Source: Candidatus Bathyarchaeia archaeon (lineage in GTDB: Archaea; Thermoproteota; Bathyarchaeia; 40CM-2-53-6). From it: 44,167 nt of DNA. Of this stretch, positions 27,285 to 36,758 are shown piece by piece (the first letter of the stretch is position 1; every line of letters begins with the position of its first letter). A program made the position numbers and the translations under genes. Where the stretch lies: contig JBEKSC010000025.1 of NCBI GenBank assembly GCA_049517415.1, positions 1 to 44,167 on the forward strand. Direction: 5' to 3'. Below the pieces are notes generated by a model that did no database searches, was not told the origin of the DNA, and saw only the letters and a program-made list of their open reading frames with translations.

Positions 27285-28220
27285 ATGCCAAAAGTACTCG
27301 TCTGCGACCCCATTGCTCAAGACGGTCTTGCCATGCTGAAGAAGGCCGGTTTTACTGTTGAGGAGGTCCCTAACCTGACGCCTGATCAATTGGAGAAGAA
27401 AATAGGCGAATTTGACGCTGTGATTGTTCGCGGCCGAACTAAGATTACGAGTACAGTTCTCGATGCCGGTATTAAGCTGAGAGCGGTTGCGCGCTCCGGA
27501 GTGGGATTGGATAATATCGACCTGGAGACGGCCAAAAAGAAATCGATCCAAGTGATTTCGACACCGACAGCACCTACAACGAGCGTGGCGGAATTGGCAA
27601 TTGCTCTTATGCTGGCGGTGCTTCGCAAGATATCATTTGCCGACCGAGCGATGAAAGAAGGGCGGTGGGCTAAAGGGGAGTTGATCGGCTCCGAGTTGAA
27701 ATCGCAAACGGTCGGAGTGGTCGGCGCAGCCGGCCGGATAGGCCTAGAAGTGGCCCGGATTGCGGTGGAAGGGTTCGGCGCCAAGGCGATTGGTTACGAT
27801 GTGATCGACGTTACCGAGAAAGCGCGTCAAGTGGGTTTTCGCGCGGTCAGTCAACTGTCAGAGCTCCTCTCAGAATCCGACATTGTCTCCATCCACGTCC
27901 CCTACCTACCATCGACGCATCATCTAATTGGCCAAAACGCAATTAGCAGCATGAAGAAGGGATCCATACTGATCAACACTTCCCGAGCAGATATTGTTGA
28001 AGGGCAATCTCTGCTTGCAGCACTTAAATCAGGAAATCTTGGAGGTGCCGGATTAGATGTGTTTCACAAGGAGCCTCCGGGTGATGGGTGGGAAAAGGAA
28101 TTAGTCCTGCTACCCAATGTCGTTTGCACATCGCATGTTGGTGCCCAGACATTGGAATCCCAACGATTGGAGAGCACCATCGTTGCTGAAGAATTAATAC
28201 GTACATTCAGAGACAAATAG
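27285..28220 (+). CDS. D-2-hydroxyacid dehydrogenase, SerA-like catalytic domains (no ACT domain)
   Basis: VRGRTK, RSGVGLDNID, GAAGRIG, INTSR, GLDVFHKEP, HVGAQT. Confidence 0.88.
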   Translation: MPKVLVCDPIAQDGLAMLKKAGFTVEEVPNLTPDQLEKKIGEFDAVIVRGRTKITSTVLDAGIKLRAVARSGVGLDNIDLETAKKKSIQVISTPTAPTTSVAELAIALMLAVLRKISFADRAMKEGRWAKGELIGSELKSQTVGVVGAAGRIGLEVARIAVEGFGAKAIGYDVIDVTEKARQVGFRAVSQLSELLSESDIVSIHVPYLPSTHHLIGQNAISSMKKGSILINTSRADIVEGQSLLAALKSGNLGGAGLDVFHKEPPGDGWEKELVLLPNVVCTSHVGAQTLESQRLESTIVAEELIRTFRDK

Positions 28221-28251
28221 AGATATCAAAGCTTCACAAAGGCCTAGACAT

Positions 28252-28575
28252 ATGAGCGTATCATTCGAAGACTTCGAGAAACTAGTCTTGAAAGTCGGAA
28301 AGATTACTGCCGCGGAAAGAATCCCCGGGATGAAGAAAATTCTGAAAGTGCAGGTGGACATAGGGGGCATCGTTGCACAGGCAATTGCAGGCGGAGCCGA
28401 GTTCTACGAACCAAGCAGCTTCATCGGAAAGCAAGTCATCGTTCTAACCAACATGGAGCCAAAAACTATAGCTGGCATAAAATCCGAAGCCATGTTACTA
28501 GCAGCAGATTTGCAAGGTAAACCAATTTGGGCGACGGTGGAGGCTGATGTTCCAGCTGGAACAAAAGTTCGCTAA
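28252..28575 (+). CDS. OB-fold tRNA-binding protein (Trbp111/CsaA, MetRS C-terminal-like)
   Basis: SFEDFEKLVLKVGKI, NMEPKTIAGIKSEAMLL, PAGTKVR. Confidence 0.9.
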   Translation: MSVSFEDFEKLVLKVGKITAAERIPGMKKILKVQVDIGGIVAQAIAGGAEFYEPSSFIGKQVIVLTNMEPKTIAGIKSEAMLLAADLQGKPIWATVEADVPAGTKVR

Positions 28576-28725
28576 AAAACTAGCCCTATTTCTTGCGGCC
28601 AGAAGGACACTTACCTGGTACAATTTTCTTTACCTCACAAGAACCACCGACACTAATCTCGCTATTCTATGAACTAAGGCTCCATATTCCTCCTAGCCGC
28701 TCCCTGTAAAACAGAGGTACATGCG

Positions 28726-29934
28726 GTGGATTTTAACTTCAGCCCGGAGCACGAGTTATTCCGGAAAACCGTCAGGGAATTTTGTCGTAGAGAAATTGCG
28801 CCACACTCCAGAGAGATGGAACGTAACGCCCACATGCCAGATTCGATAATTCAAGGGCTTGGTAAGATGGGTCTGTTTGGGCTCTCGATTCCTCGTGAGT
28901 ACGGTGGTTCCGATGCGGATGCTGTTTCAGCAGGTATCGCAGGGGAAGAGATAGGCCGCGCTGACCTAAGTTGCGCGACAGCCGTGTTGTACTTGGTCCC
29001 CGTTTCTTGGAGCCACGTCTTAACAAAGTACGGTTCAGCAAGTTTGAAGAAAGAAAGGCTACCGAGGATTGCTGCAGGACGAGGTTTTCTCGGCATCGCC
29101 ACAACTGAAGCAGGAGTGGGGTCAGACTTAGCCAACATGACTACGACCGCGAAGCGAGTGGGTAACGAGTACGTTTTGAACGGTGAGAAGATGTACATTA
29201 GCGGCATTCGCGAGGCTGCAGAGCAGATGCCGGACAAGAGTGGATACCTGGTACTGGCTAAAACGGATCCCGCAAAGGGAACTAGGGGAATGTCGTTCTT
29301 CTATGTGCCGTTCAATAACACAAAAGGTCTCACGCCGAGCTACTTGGAGGAAATGGGAAGGAGAGGCATGTCAGCTGGAGGCTTCCTAATGAAGGATGTT
29401 CACGTCCCTGCTGAGTATATGCTAGGCGAAGAGAACAAGGGATTCTACTACGCAATGGAAGGGTTTGATTATGCTCGTGCAATAATAGCCGTGGTCTGCA
29501 TGGGAGCAGCCCAAGCATCGCTCGAAGCAGGCGTTGAGTACATAAAGCAACGCAAAGCGTTTACCCAACCAATCGGCCGATACGAGGGTGTGCAATTCAA
29601 ACTTGCAGAAGATTACGCACGGGTTGACGCAGTACGGTTACTTGCTTACAAGGCACTTTGGATGTACGAACAGGAGCAACGGAATCAAGCAATCGATCGA
29701 TTTGAAGTCAGCAGGACAATTGCGGAAGCAAAAATGTTGGCACCAGTGGTTGCATTCGAAACGATAAATGACGTGCTACAATGGTATGGGGCCTTCGGCT
29801 ACACGTTAGATTGCCCGATCGAGATGGGCCTACGCGGCGTCCGCTCATATATGCTGGCAGAAGGATCTACGGAAATAATGAAGATAATTGTAGCACGAGA
29901 ACTGCTCGGAAAGGATTTCATGGCCCACCACTGA
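28726..29934 (+). CDS. Acyl-CoA dehydrogenase
   Basis: TEAGVGSD, LNGEKMYIS, RKAFTQPI, GAFGY, AEGSTEI (catalytic Glu). Confidence 0.93.
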   Translation: MDFNFSPEHELFRKTVREFCRREIAPHSREMERNAHMPDSIIQGLGKMGLFGLSIPREYGGSDADAVSAGIAGEEIGRADLSCATAVLYLVPVSWSHVLTKYGSASLKKERLPRIAAGRGFLGIATTEAGVGSDLANMTTTAKRVGNEYVLNGEKMYISGIREAAEQMPDKSGYLVLAKTDPAKGTRGMSFFYVPFNNTKGLTPSYLEEMGRRGMSAGGFLMKDVHVPAEYMLGEENKGFYYAMEGFDYARAIIAVVCMGAAQASLEAGVEYIKQRKAFTQPIGRYEGVQFKLAEDYARVDAVRLLAYKALWMYEQEQRNQAIDRFEVSRTIAEAKMLAPVVAFETINDVLQWYGAFGYTLDCPIEMGLRGVRSYMLAEGSTEIMKIIVARELLGKDFMAHH

Positions 29935-30010
29935 TGCCTCTGTTTGAACTTTAAATAGTAAGCGCCTTGTGATTGCGCTACAACATAACAATGACGAGCA
30001 GTGCTGAATA

Positions 30011-30934
30011 TTGCGGGCCGCGGCAATCTTAATTTTATTCGTAATAATGGCTTCCCTATTCCTTGTCCCAGCCTATGCGTCTGATGTTACGATAACCATC
30101 CAGAACCAGCAAGTGCAGGCAAGGCTCTTACTTTCACTTCAGCAGAATATAACGCAGCTACCGGTCCAGTCAAACATGTTGAGCATGGCCTCGAACGACG
30201 ACCTATCATCTGCCTTCACAAAAGCTTTGACGGACGCGTATCCTGGTGCCGCCCCAGCCGGCTTGATGTTGAACCTTGACTCGGCTGAGCAGTGGCTGAA
30301 CGTTAGCGCAACAATGACAGTCTCAGGTGTTTCAGTGCGAAATGGGGACTTACTATCGGCTAATATGACATGGAAGAATTTCGACATCTCTTCAAACCTT
30401 CGCGCTGGCAATCTCAGCTACAATACTGTAGGAGAGCAATACCTCAGGCCCGTTGCAGCATTCTACTCAAACGCCAGCCGATTCGTGGGTCGACGAAACT
30501 CAACAATTACTGGCGTAAATTTTTTTGTTAACAGTACAAGCGTTAGCGGACCGGTGGCGATGAACTATCTGGGGAATTTTACGGTTTTCGATTTCAGGGC
30601 TCTAACCGTCCCCGTTGAAGATTGGACACGTACGTATACATTGAACAATAACACGACAACATGGCGGTATGCTCCTCCTCAACTTCTCGACATCTCAATC
30701 GGCGTTGAAAGGTTGAATGTGACCACGACCTTTTTCGCTCGTTATGGGTACGAGGCTGAAATTACTGTTCAAGGGATAGCACGAGCCCAAGGGGATAATC
30801 TGCTTCTGGACGTGGGCACTGGCCAGAAGGAATGGGCTATGGCTGGTTTAATTGTCTTGGCAGTAGTTCTCGCCATTATTGCGCAGTTGTCGTATAGAGC
30901 GAAGAGGAAGAGCATCAAGTTAGGGCGATGGTAG
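30011..30934 (+). CDS. Secreted, C-terminally anchored cell-surface protein
   Basis: Signal peptide (PAYA), 11 N-x-S/T sequons, C-terminal TM followed by a basic tail. Confidence 0.75.
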   Translation: MRAAAILILFVIMASLFLVPAYASDVTITIQNQQVQARLLLSLQQNITQLPVQSNMLSMASNDDLSSAFTKALTDAYPGAAPAGLMLNLDSAEQWLNVSATMTVSGVSVRNGDLLSANMTWKNFDISSNLRAGNLSYNTVGEQYLRPVAAFYSNASRFVGRRNSTITGVNFFVNSTSVSGPVAMNYLGNFTVFDFRALTVPVEDWTRTYTLNNNTTTWRYAPPQLLDISIGVERLNVTTTFFARYGYEAEITVQGIARAQGDNLLLDVGTGQKEWAMAGLIVLAVVLAIIAQLSYRAKRKSIKLGRW

Positions 30935-30937
30935 TTT

Positions 30938-31462
30938 TCAGCCTCGAATTCTTTCCTTCGCCATCTTTTCTAGTTCAGCGGAATCAAAAATCCCCTTGAA
31001 ATGTTCCTTCAGTATCCCTGAATATAACGCAATTTCATCGTCACTCATGTATTGGAACATGTAGTCGCCGCGATAGGGAGACGGTTCGCCTTCCCTTGAA
31101 ATGTATTCGATATGCATCAAGGGGTCACCGCGTTTGATGGTTATAGTCTGCCGCGTGTTGTTCAAGTTGACAAGTTCCAACGCAAGCCGCCCCACAAAGC
31201 CGCTGTGGACTTTGGCAGCGTTCAGGAAAGAGAGGCCCATTCTCCCATACTTACTTTTCGCGGTCAGATGTGAAACATAGTTTGGAGGTGTGAACACTAC
31301 TTCGTATGATACGACGTTTCGATGCTCAAGATAATGGAGAGTCGTTTCATCCCGCACAGTAAGGACGTAGCCATCACCGTCCAGAAGTGCGTAATCAAAT
31401 GGATGTATGCATTTGTAAGCTGAGATCAGTTTGGTGATTTGATCTCTTCCAGCGACTGCCAA
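30938..31462 (-). CDS. dcd: Divergent dCTP deaminase/dUTPase-family protein
   Basis: KSKYGRMGL...VHSGFVGRLALELVN, PYRGDYMFQ. Confidence 0.7.
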   Translation of the reverse strand: MAVAGRDQITKLISAYKCIHPFDYALLDGDGYVLTVRDETTLHYLEHRNVVSYEVVFTPPNYVSHLTAKSKYGRMGLSFLNAAKVHSGFVGRLALELVNLNNTRQTITIKRGDPLMHIEYISREGEPSPYRGDYMFQYMSDDEIALYSGILKEHFKGIFDSAELEKMAKERIRG

Positions 31463-31520
31463 TGTTTAATCCCCACACTCTAGCCGTACGCTCACTATTT
31501 TTGAGTTGGCATTGTCAGCA

Positions 31521-32030
31521 TTAAGAGACTTCGGTTACCGTTACGTTCATGGTGGTCTGGAAAAACTTCGAAGTCCCAATCACTTCTTGCTGACCCCCCA
31601 GAAGGATGGTGATGGTTAGCGGTTTGCCGGCCACCAGTGTGAATTCGATATTCGCATCCAAATTAGACGAAGCGGTTAACAAGTTGGTAGTTGTCTTGTT
31701 GAACACCCAGGTAACGTTCGATAGACTGAGGCGGACAGAATCATAACGTGCTACAGAAACCTTACTTGTGACTAGCGGCTTTGTCGAATTCTCAAGGGAG
31801 ATTAAGTCTACGGTTTGTGATTGGTTGGACACTGACTTCCATCCGGTCGAACTTGACTGGCCCCTCTCGTGAACCCATACTCCGTAAATTGTAACGTAGA
31901 CATGATCTGCATTATCGATCTTCAGCCCACCTATAGATACTGCAATATTGCCAGTTGAGACGGCAGGGTATATCAGAATGATTAGCAAGAGGACCACGGA
32001 AAGCGCCGCAACGACCTGTTTCGAATTCAC
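31521..32030 (-). CDS. DUF4382-like membrane-anchored protein
   Basis: N-terminal TM, HVYVTIYGVWVH...W...TVDLISL...YDSVRL pattern. Confidence 0.7.
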   Translation of the reverse strand: MNSKQVVAALSVVLLLIILIYPAVSTGNIAVSIGGLKIDNADHVYVTIYGVWVHERGQSSSTGWKSVSNQSQTVDLISLENSTKPLVTSKVSVARYDSVRLSLSNVTWVFNKTTTNLLTASSNLDANIEFTLVAGKPLTITILLGGQQEVIGTSKFFQTTMNVTVTEVS

Positions 32031-32110
32031 GGCCTATCAACGTCGGCCTATACCTAACGTTTCCTTAAAAGTCTCATGACCGAAGCACGTTACCAGTTTG
32101 GGCGCCCAAC

Positions 32111-32863
32111 TTGAACCTTAAGGATATAGCGTCGGGACTCAAGAGGACCGACCTCACCTACTTGAGGGAGATGGATAAGAGTCATGACGAGGCTCAGATC
32201 ATCAAGATCGTCCCTGAAAAAGGCACCCATGTGTATCTCATTCTTGACCGGACAATTTTTCACCCGAAAGGAGGCGGACAGCCATCCGACCGGGGCAACA
32301 TATGCTCCACCAATTTTGAACTTAACGTAAAGAAGGCACTTTACTACCAGGGTGTCGTTATCCATTGGGCGAAGATCATTAGCGGAGAGCCCCTGATTGG
32401 TCCAGCGACATGCGTGATAGACTGGCCGTTCAGGCAGTTGGTTATGCGGAGGCATACCGCAGCTCACTTGCTCGACCACTGCTTGGCATTAGAAACCTCG
32501 AGACGAGTTGAAACTACAGACTCTTGGCTGGACGAACCCTGTTACGTTGGTTACGCCGGAAATGTCCCCAACGAAGACGTACTGCGTCGAGTTGAGACTC
32601 ACGCAAATAGGATGGTTTCGCAGGGAGGAGATGTGAAAATAGATTACTTAACAGTAGAGCAAGGAAGAGCGCTTCTTCGAGCAGCGCCGAATTTTGAAAG
32701 ACTTCCTGAACTCGATGAGATCAGGACTGTGACGATAACTGGGTGTGCCCCGATTCCTTGCGGTGGCACGCATGTCGCGGACATTTCACAGATCGGCAGA
32801 ATTTCAATAATTCGGGCGGAACCGATGCCGAACTTCACTTTCCGCCTGCACTTTTCAGTGTAG
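32111..32863 (+). CDS. alaXM: AlaX-M alanyl-tRNA editing protein
   Basis: LDRTIFHPKGGGQPSDRG, HTAAH, PCGGTHV. Confidence 0.9.
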   Translation: MNLKDIASGLKRTDLTYLREMDKSHDEAQIIKIVPEKGTHVYLILDRTIFHPKGGGQPSDRGNICSTNFELNVKKALYYQGVVIHWAKIISGEPLIGPATCVIDWPFRQLVMRRHTAAHLLDHCLALETSRRVETTDSWLDEPCYVGYAGNVPNEDVLRRVETHANRMVSQGGDVKIDYLTVEQGRALLRAAPNFERLPELDEIRTVTITGCAPIPCGGTHVADISQIGRISIIRAEPMPNFTFRLHFSV

Positions 32864-32865
32864 TG

Positions 32866-33120
32866 TCAACGCTTGCGCAACTTGGCGCGGCGATGACGAA
32901 TGGGAAATCGCCCAAACCGCCTTAGAATTGCAGTAGGCGCCCGTTCGAGTACTAGCCTCTTACCGGCGACTCTCACGTACAGCTTCAATGAACCTTTCGC
33001 GAACGGAAAGTTCGAGTCCGTTGTCAGCTTCGTGGGCAGGTAAATTCGCGGCGACTCGTAAATTCGCCCGTTCTGCATTCTTTTTTTCGTTACGACGAAA
33101 CTTGCTACGGCTTCTTTCAC
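32866..33120 (-). CDS. Small AbrB/MazE-like protein, paralog 1 (DSxFPF type)
   Basis: RIYLPTKLTTDSNFPF...LYVRVAGKRLVLE swapped-hairpin pattern; similar to 42358-42534. Confidence 0.65.
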   Translation of the reverse strand: MKEAVASFVVTKKRMQNGRIYESPRIYLPTKLTTDSNFPFAKGSLKLYVRVAGKRLVLERAPTAILRRFGRFPIRHRRAKLRKR

Positions 33121-33293
33121 TTGCTACCACTTCGGGTTCAAATTCGGATTCATTTTCTGACGGAAAGTACGTATAGTAGTTACAGGCATCAACCAGTCAA
33201 TTTTGACAGCGTGTGTGACACGTTCTACGGCCTTCCGGTGACAATGTTTAAAGAGGAAATGACAGTCCGGATGAAATTTGTCGTGCTCGAACC

Positions 33294-33722
33294 TTGATAC
33301 ATGTTACCGTTTTTGTGACGAGTATGTCGGCAGAACGTTTCTGGGAGATCGATAGACCAATGCCTACCCAGGTCCAGATTGGGGTCAACATAAACATGCT
33401 GGACATCGACCAACGTCCGGATGGCGGACTTGATGCTCCCTTCCTTTTCACAATAAGTTTCACCCCTTCAATTGCACAAATTAGCATCAAGGGAAAAGCG
33501 AGAATTACTGGTGAGAGCGAGGACACGAAGAAGATCATTGAGGATCATAAGGCGCAGAAACCGCCTCCCGTTCAACTAGTACAAGCAGTCTCAAACGCAG
33601 CAATTGCAGACGCAATTTTGATTTCGAGAAGCCTGAATATTCCACCGCCCTTACCGCCGATTCCGCAGCCACAAGTCGGACCCCCTCAACCGAGCAAGGG
33701 AGACACGAGGTACACAGCCTAA
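33294..33722 (+). CDS. Arcadin-1-like protein
   Basis: SAER...PFLFTISFTPSIAQISIKGK...ILISRSLNIPPPLP resembles Pyrobaculum arcadin-1 as recalled; crenactin lies 9 kb away. Confidence 0.7.
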   Translation: MIHVTVFVTSMSAERFWEIDRPMPTQVQIGVNINMLDIDQRPDGGLDAPFLFTISFTPSIAQISIKGKARITGESEDTKKIIEDHKAQKPPPVQLVQAVSNAAIADAILISRSLNIPPPLPPIPQPQVGPPQPSKGDTRYTA

Positions 33723-33765
33723 TCCAAAAAATTGGAGCATCATGAGACCCTCCAGAAAACTGGAG
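33723..33765. repeat. Pair of related 15-bp palindromes between convergent genes
   Basis: TCCAAAAAATTGGAG (33723-33737) and TCCAGAAAACTGGAG (33751-33765). Confidence 0.65.
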
Positions 33766-33768
33766 AGC

Positions 33769-34227
33769 CTAGTTCGCTTGTTTCGCGACCAAGTAATTAT
33801 CCCAGTATGAGGCAAGATCCCTTAGTCGATTTGCGAATTGAACACTGAGTTTTGTCGGTTCATTCCTATATTTCTTCTCAAGGAGACCGCTTCTGAGCAT
33901 CGCCTTGTAGGTGTCACTAAGGGTCTGAGCGCTGACCTTGATTCGTTCCAATACTTTATGGTGCAAATCTCTCAGGTACATCGCGCGTTTCTCTTCAACT
34001 AGGATCTGAATTATCGCTTTTGCCACTCCTTGCTTTTTGATGCTGTGAGGGAAAAGTATGGTGCAGAAACTGTCGAGGTCAACAATCTGGTTTAATGTAG
34101 AATGCTTATCGATCTTGGGGAAGATCCATACCCAACGCTTTTGCCGTTCAGCATAGTAATCCTCCCTAGCGATTCTTCCGATCCTTGGACGCTCGAGAAG
34201 ATCAAATTGTCTTAAGCGGTTGGCCAT
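33769..34227 (-). CDS. Putative winged-helix DNA-binding protein
   Basis: YLRDLHHKVLERIKVSAQTLSDTYKAMLRSGLLEK resembles an HTH plus wing. Confidence 0.6.
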   Translation of the reverse strand: MANRLRQFDLLERPRIGRIAREDYYAERQKRWVWIFPKIDKHSTLNQIVDLDSFCTILFPHSIKKQGVAKAIIQILVEEKRAMYLRDLHHKVLERIKVSAQTLSDTYKAMLRSGLLEKKYRNEPTKLSVQFANRLRDLASYWDNYLVAKQAN

Positions 34228-35715
34228 AGGAAATCAAAGTGGCAACGTCCCCCGGAGAAGAAAGCAGTTCAGAACACAAAGCGCGGCAGAAGCAGGATGA
34301 TTGGTCTGTGGAATTCGCTCAAACAGTTCAATTCTGATACATATCGGGTGAGGGGAATTTCTCGTCGCCCTAACCAATCTCTGAACCCTCTCAGAATTGG
34401 CAGATCCTTGCGGTAAAGAATCAGGATTGCGCACCAAATAGCTTTGACAAGAGCTGAATTCTACATGGCATAAGAATTAGGGGAAAATCCGCGTCTACGA
34501 TCCTTCGAAACGGATTTTCGTTCTGTTCATTTTAGCAAGACACCTTTTCACAAACTACCCTAAAGTACGGAATAAAGAGAAACAGCGCCGTAGATGATGA
34601 ACAAAGTATCAAACCGTTCACCCCCAACGCGATACAGAGTGGCGTCAACTTGCATAACAAGAGAGCTAAACCCCTAACATGAGAAACATGCCGACGAGAC
34701 CAATGAAGAACCAACTTTCCCAGGCCAATCAACGAGTAGATCCGTGATCGAAGAGAAGTAACGCGGGGACTAAAACGGAATGATAGCCCCATCCTAATTG
34801 GCGTTCAAATCCACTAATACTTTGTAAAACACAAAAGGCTCCGAGCAACTCCAGGAGAGGTCGGAGGAACCAAGCCGCGAGGCAGCAACGAAAGAAGGGG
34901 TATAATGCAAACACATCTCTGAATCAAGTTAACATAATTGCGAATTATGACCTGTTGTTCATCCCATTCGAAAATGAGGGACCAGTATAGATTCCGTGCG
35001 AATTATCAGGCTCTTCTTGATGAAGAGAAATCACACCGAGAAAGGGTTACCGCCGCTCAGAGGCACTCCTGCAACACAGCACTCATATGGAATTGCAAGT
35101 TCCCTTTGTCACAATTCGTGCTTCAAACCTTCGCAGAGATCGCGATGCACCGTACGCGTTCGCTCAAGTGAAAAATGCGGTGTGGCTCAGATTTTTTGAC
35201 CGCGGCTCACTCGATTCACACTATTCATCCAATTATCGAAGGGGTTCTTCGTCACGTTACTCTCCAATAAATCGAAGGATGTAGAGTTGCCACATAGCGG
35301 CGAATATCTCTGTCACTTGATTTAGTTGCGATAAATCCAAGGTAACGTAAATTCGGGTTCAAATTCCTTTGGAAATTGGGACGGAATCTGAACGAAGGGA
35401 AATTGAAAAAAGGAAAATACTGAGAAACTTAGGAAAAAGAGACAAAATGATGCGCGGCGGCTGAAAAGGTCCTCAGTGGAAAATGGCGAAAGAGGCTGAG
35501 AAGGCCCGCCTGGGAAGCCAGACGGCCGGTTGGCCAGCCGGTGCACGAGAATGGTACCTTTCATTCCCCACTGTGCCTACTGAATACCTCTAAGGGATTT
35601 AGGGGTGAGAGTTAGCTGCTAGGAAAAGCGGGCAAGGAATATTACGTCGGGCGGGAGTAAGCTTGAAGAAGTCGCTTAGCAAGGGTGACTGACGAAAAGA
35701 CTGGAGTCAAGAGTC

Positions 35716-36087
35716 TTGGAGCAAACCAGCCGCTGCATCATTTGTGGCCAGCAGATGCAGTATATCTTCGGAAGGCCTCGGAAACTTTGCGGAAACAAAT
35801 CTTGTTACTTGGAATGGAAGAGACGCCGATATTCGAATCTTCAACTGATTGCCCATAGCCGTCGCCTTTCGAGCGCTGACTTCGAGTACGCCGAACCTAT
35901 ATGCACTTGCGGGAGCGACAACTTCGCCTGGACGATGGAGGGCGTTTTCTGCCTAAAGTGCGGGCTCCAGGAGGAACTCTTCTCGTTAGAACCGTGGATC
36001 CCCGCCGAATTTGCCCCTAAACCAGTCTGTACTTGCACTCGAATCTGCAAACAGTCATCTGCCTACAAGCTATGGGCGTATGTGTAG
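35716..36087 (+). CDS. Cys-rich putative multi-zinc-finger protein
   Basis: CIIC, CGNKSC, CTCG, CLKCG, CTC...C; GGAG upstream of the TTG start. Confidence 0.55.
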   Translation: MEQTSRCIICGQQMQYIFGRPRKLCGNKSCYLEWKRRRYSNLQLIAHSRRLSSADFEYAEPICTCGSDNFAWTMEGVFCLKCGLQEELFSLEPWIPAEFAPKPVCTCTRICKQSSAYKLWAYV

Positions 36088-36201
36088 AGGGACTTTTTGC
36101 CCACCAAAGCGTGTATTATATGAAGTTCTAGGCAGGGTTTCTGCGGCAGTGAGTTTTCTGAACTGCCCCATCCGTTCAAAGAGTTTTGAATAATCTGGGG
36201 G

Positions 36202-36720
36202 TTATTGGAGCAGACGGCCCTCGCGGTCTATACGCCCACGACGAATTCGCGTCGATGATATAGGGCGTCTGTCCTCCGCCATAATCAGATCGATCGGATC
36301 GATGATTAGTGGTTTTAGGCCGTGGGCTTTCCTTCTAGCATTTATCTCATACGCTGTTTGGAGCGTACGCCGACTCACAACAAGCGCTTGGATTTTTGAT
36401 TCGCGAACCGTCGGTCCATAACGATCCTTTAACGGAACAATTTCCGCTCTCGACAAGACGCCCCACCGCGAGAGTAGGCGCTCAACATCCCTCTTCCTTT
36501 TCGCGTACGCGTCGAATCTGTGAGGCTTGTGCAGTGTCCTTGCAAACTCATCGCTAGTGATTCCGATCATAACCCTGCGCCCAACGGTGAAGGCTTGCTT
36601 TAGGAGCCGCCTGTGACCTCTGTGCAGCACATCAAAGGTACCGCCCATAGCGACGACGCGGTATCTCTTCTTGGGCTTTGTCCCAGCTTGCTTATGTTTT
36701 TGGCTTATCTGCCGCACCAT
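36202..36720 (-). CDS. coaD: Archaeal phosphopantetheine adenylyltransferase
   Basis: GGTFDVLHRGH, GITSDEF, DRYGP, ISSTRIRRGRID. Confidence 0.93.
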   Translation of the reverse strand: MVRQISQKHKQAGTKPKKRYRVVAMGGTFDVLHRGHRRLLKQAFTVGRRVMIGITSDEFARTLHKPHRFDAYAKRKRDVERLLSRWGVLSRAEIVPLKDRYGPTVRESKIQALVVSRRTLQTAYEINARRKAHGLKPLIIDPIDLIMAEDRRPISSTRIRRGRIDREGRLLQ

Positions 36721-36758
36721 CGCAATGCAACGCTCTCGGAGCTGGTGGAAGAGTGCAT

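Noticed and set aside
32866..33120. AbrB-like genes as toxin-antitoxin antitoxins
   Set aside because: No PIN or MazF toxin gene is adjacent to either paralog.
35352..35370. GGTTCAAAT as a tRNA or split-tRNA half (also 33131-33150)
   Set aside because: No paired T-stem, acceptor strand or CCA follows.
34234..35564. Several 60-86 aa ORFs in the gap
   Set aside because: Mutually overlapping, no motifs, composition explained by A-rich DNA.
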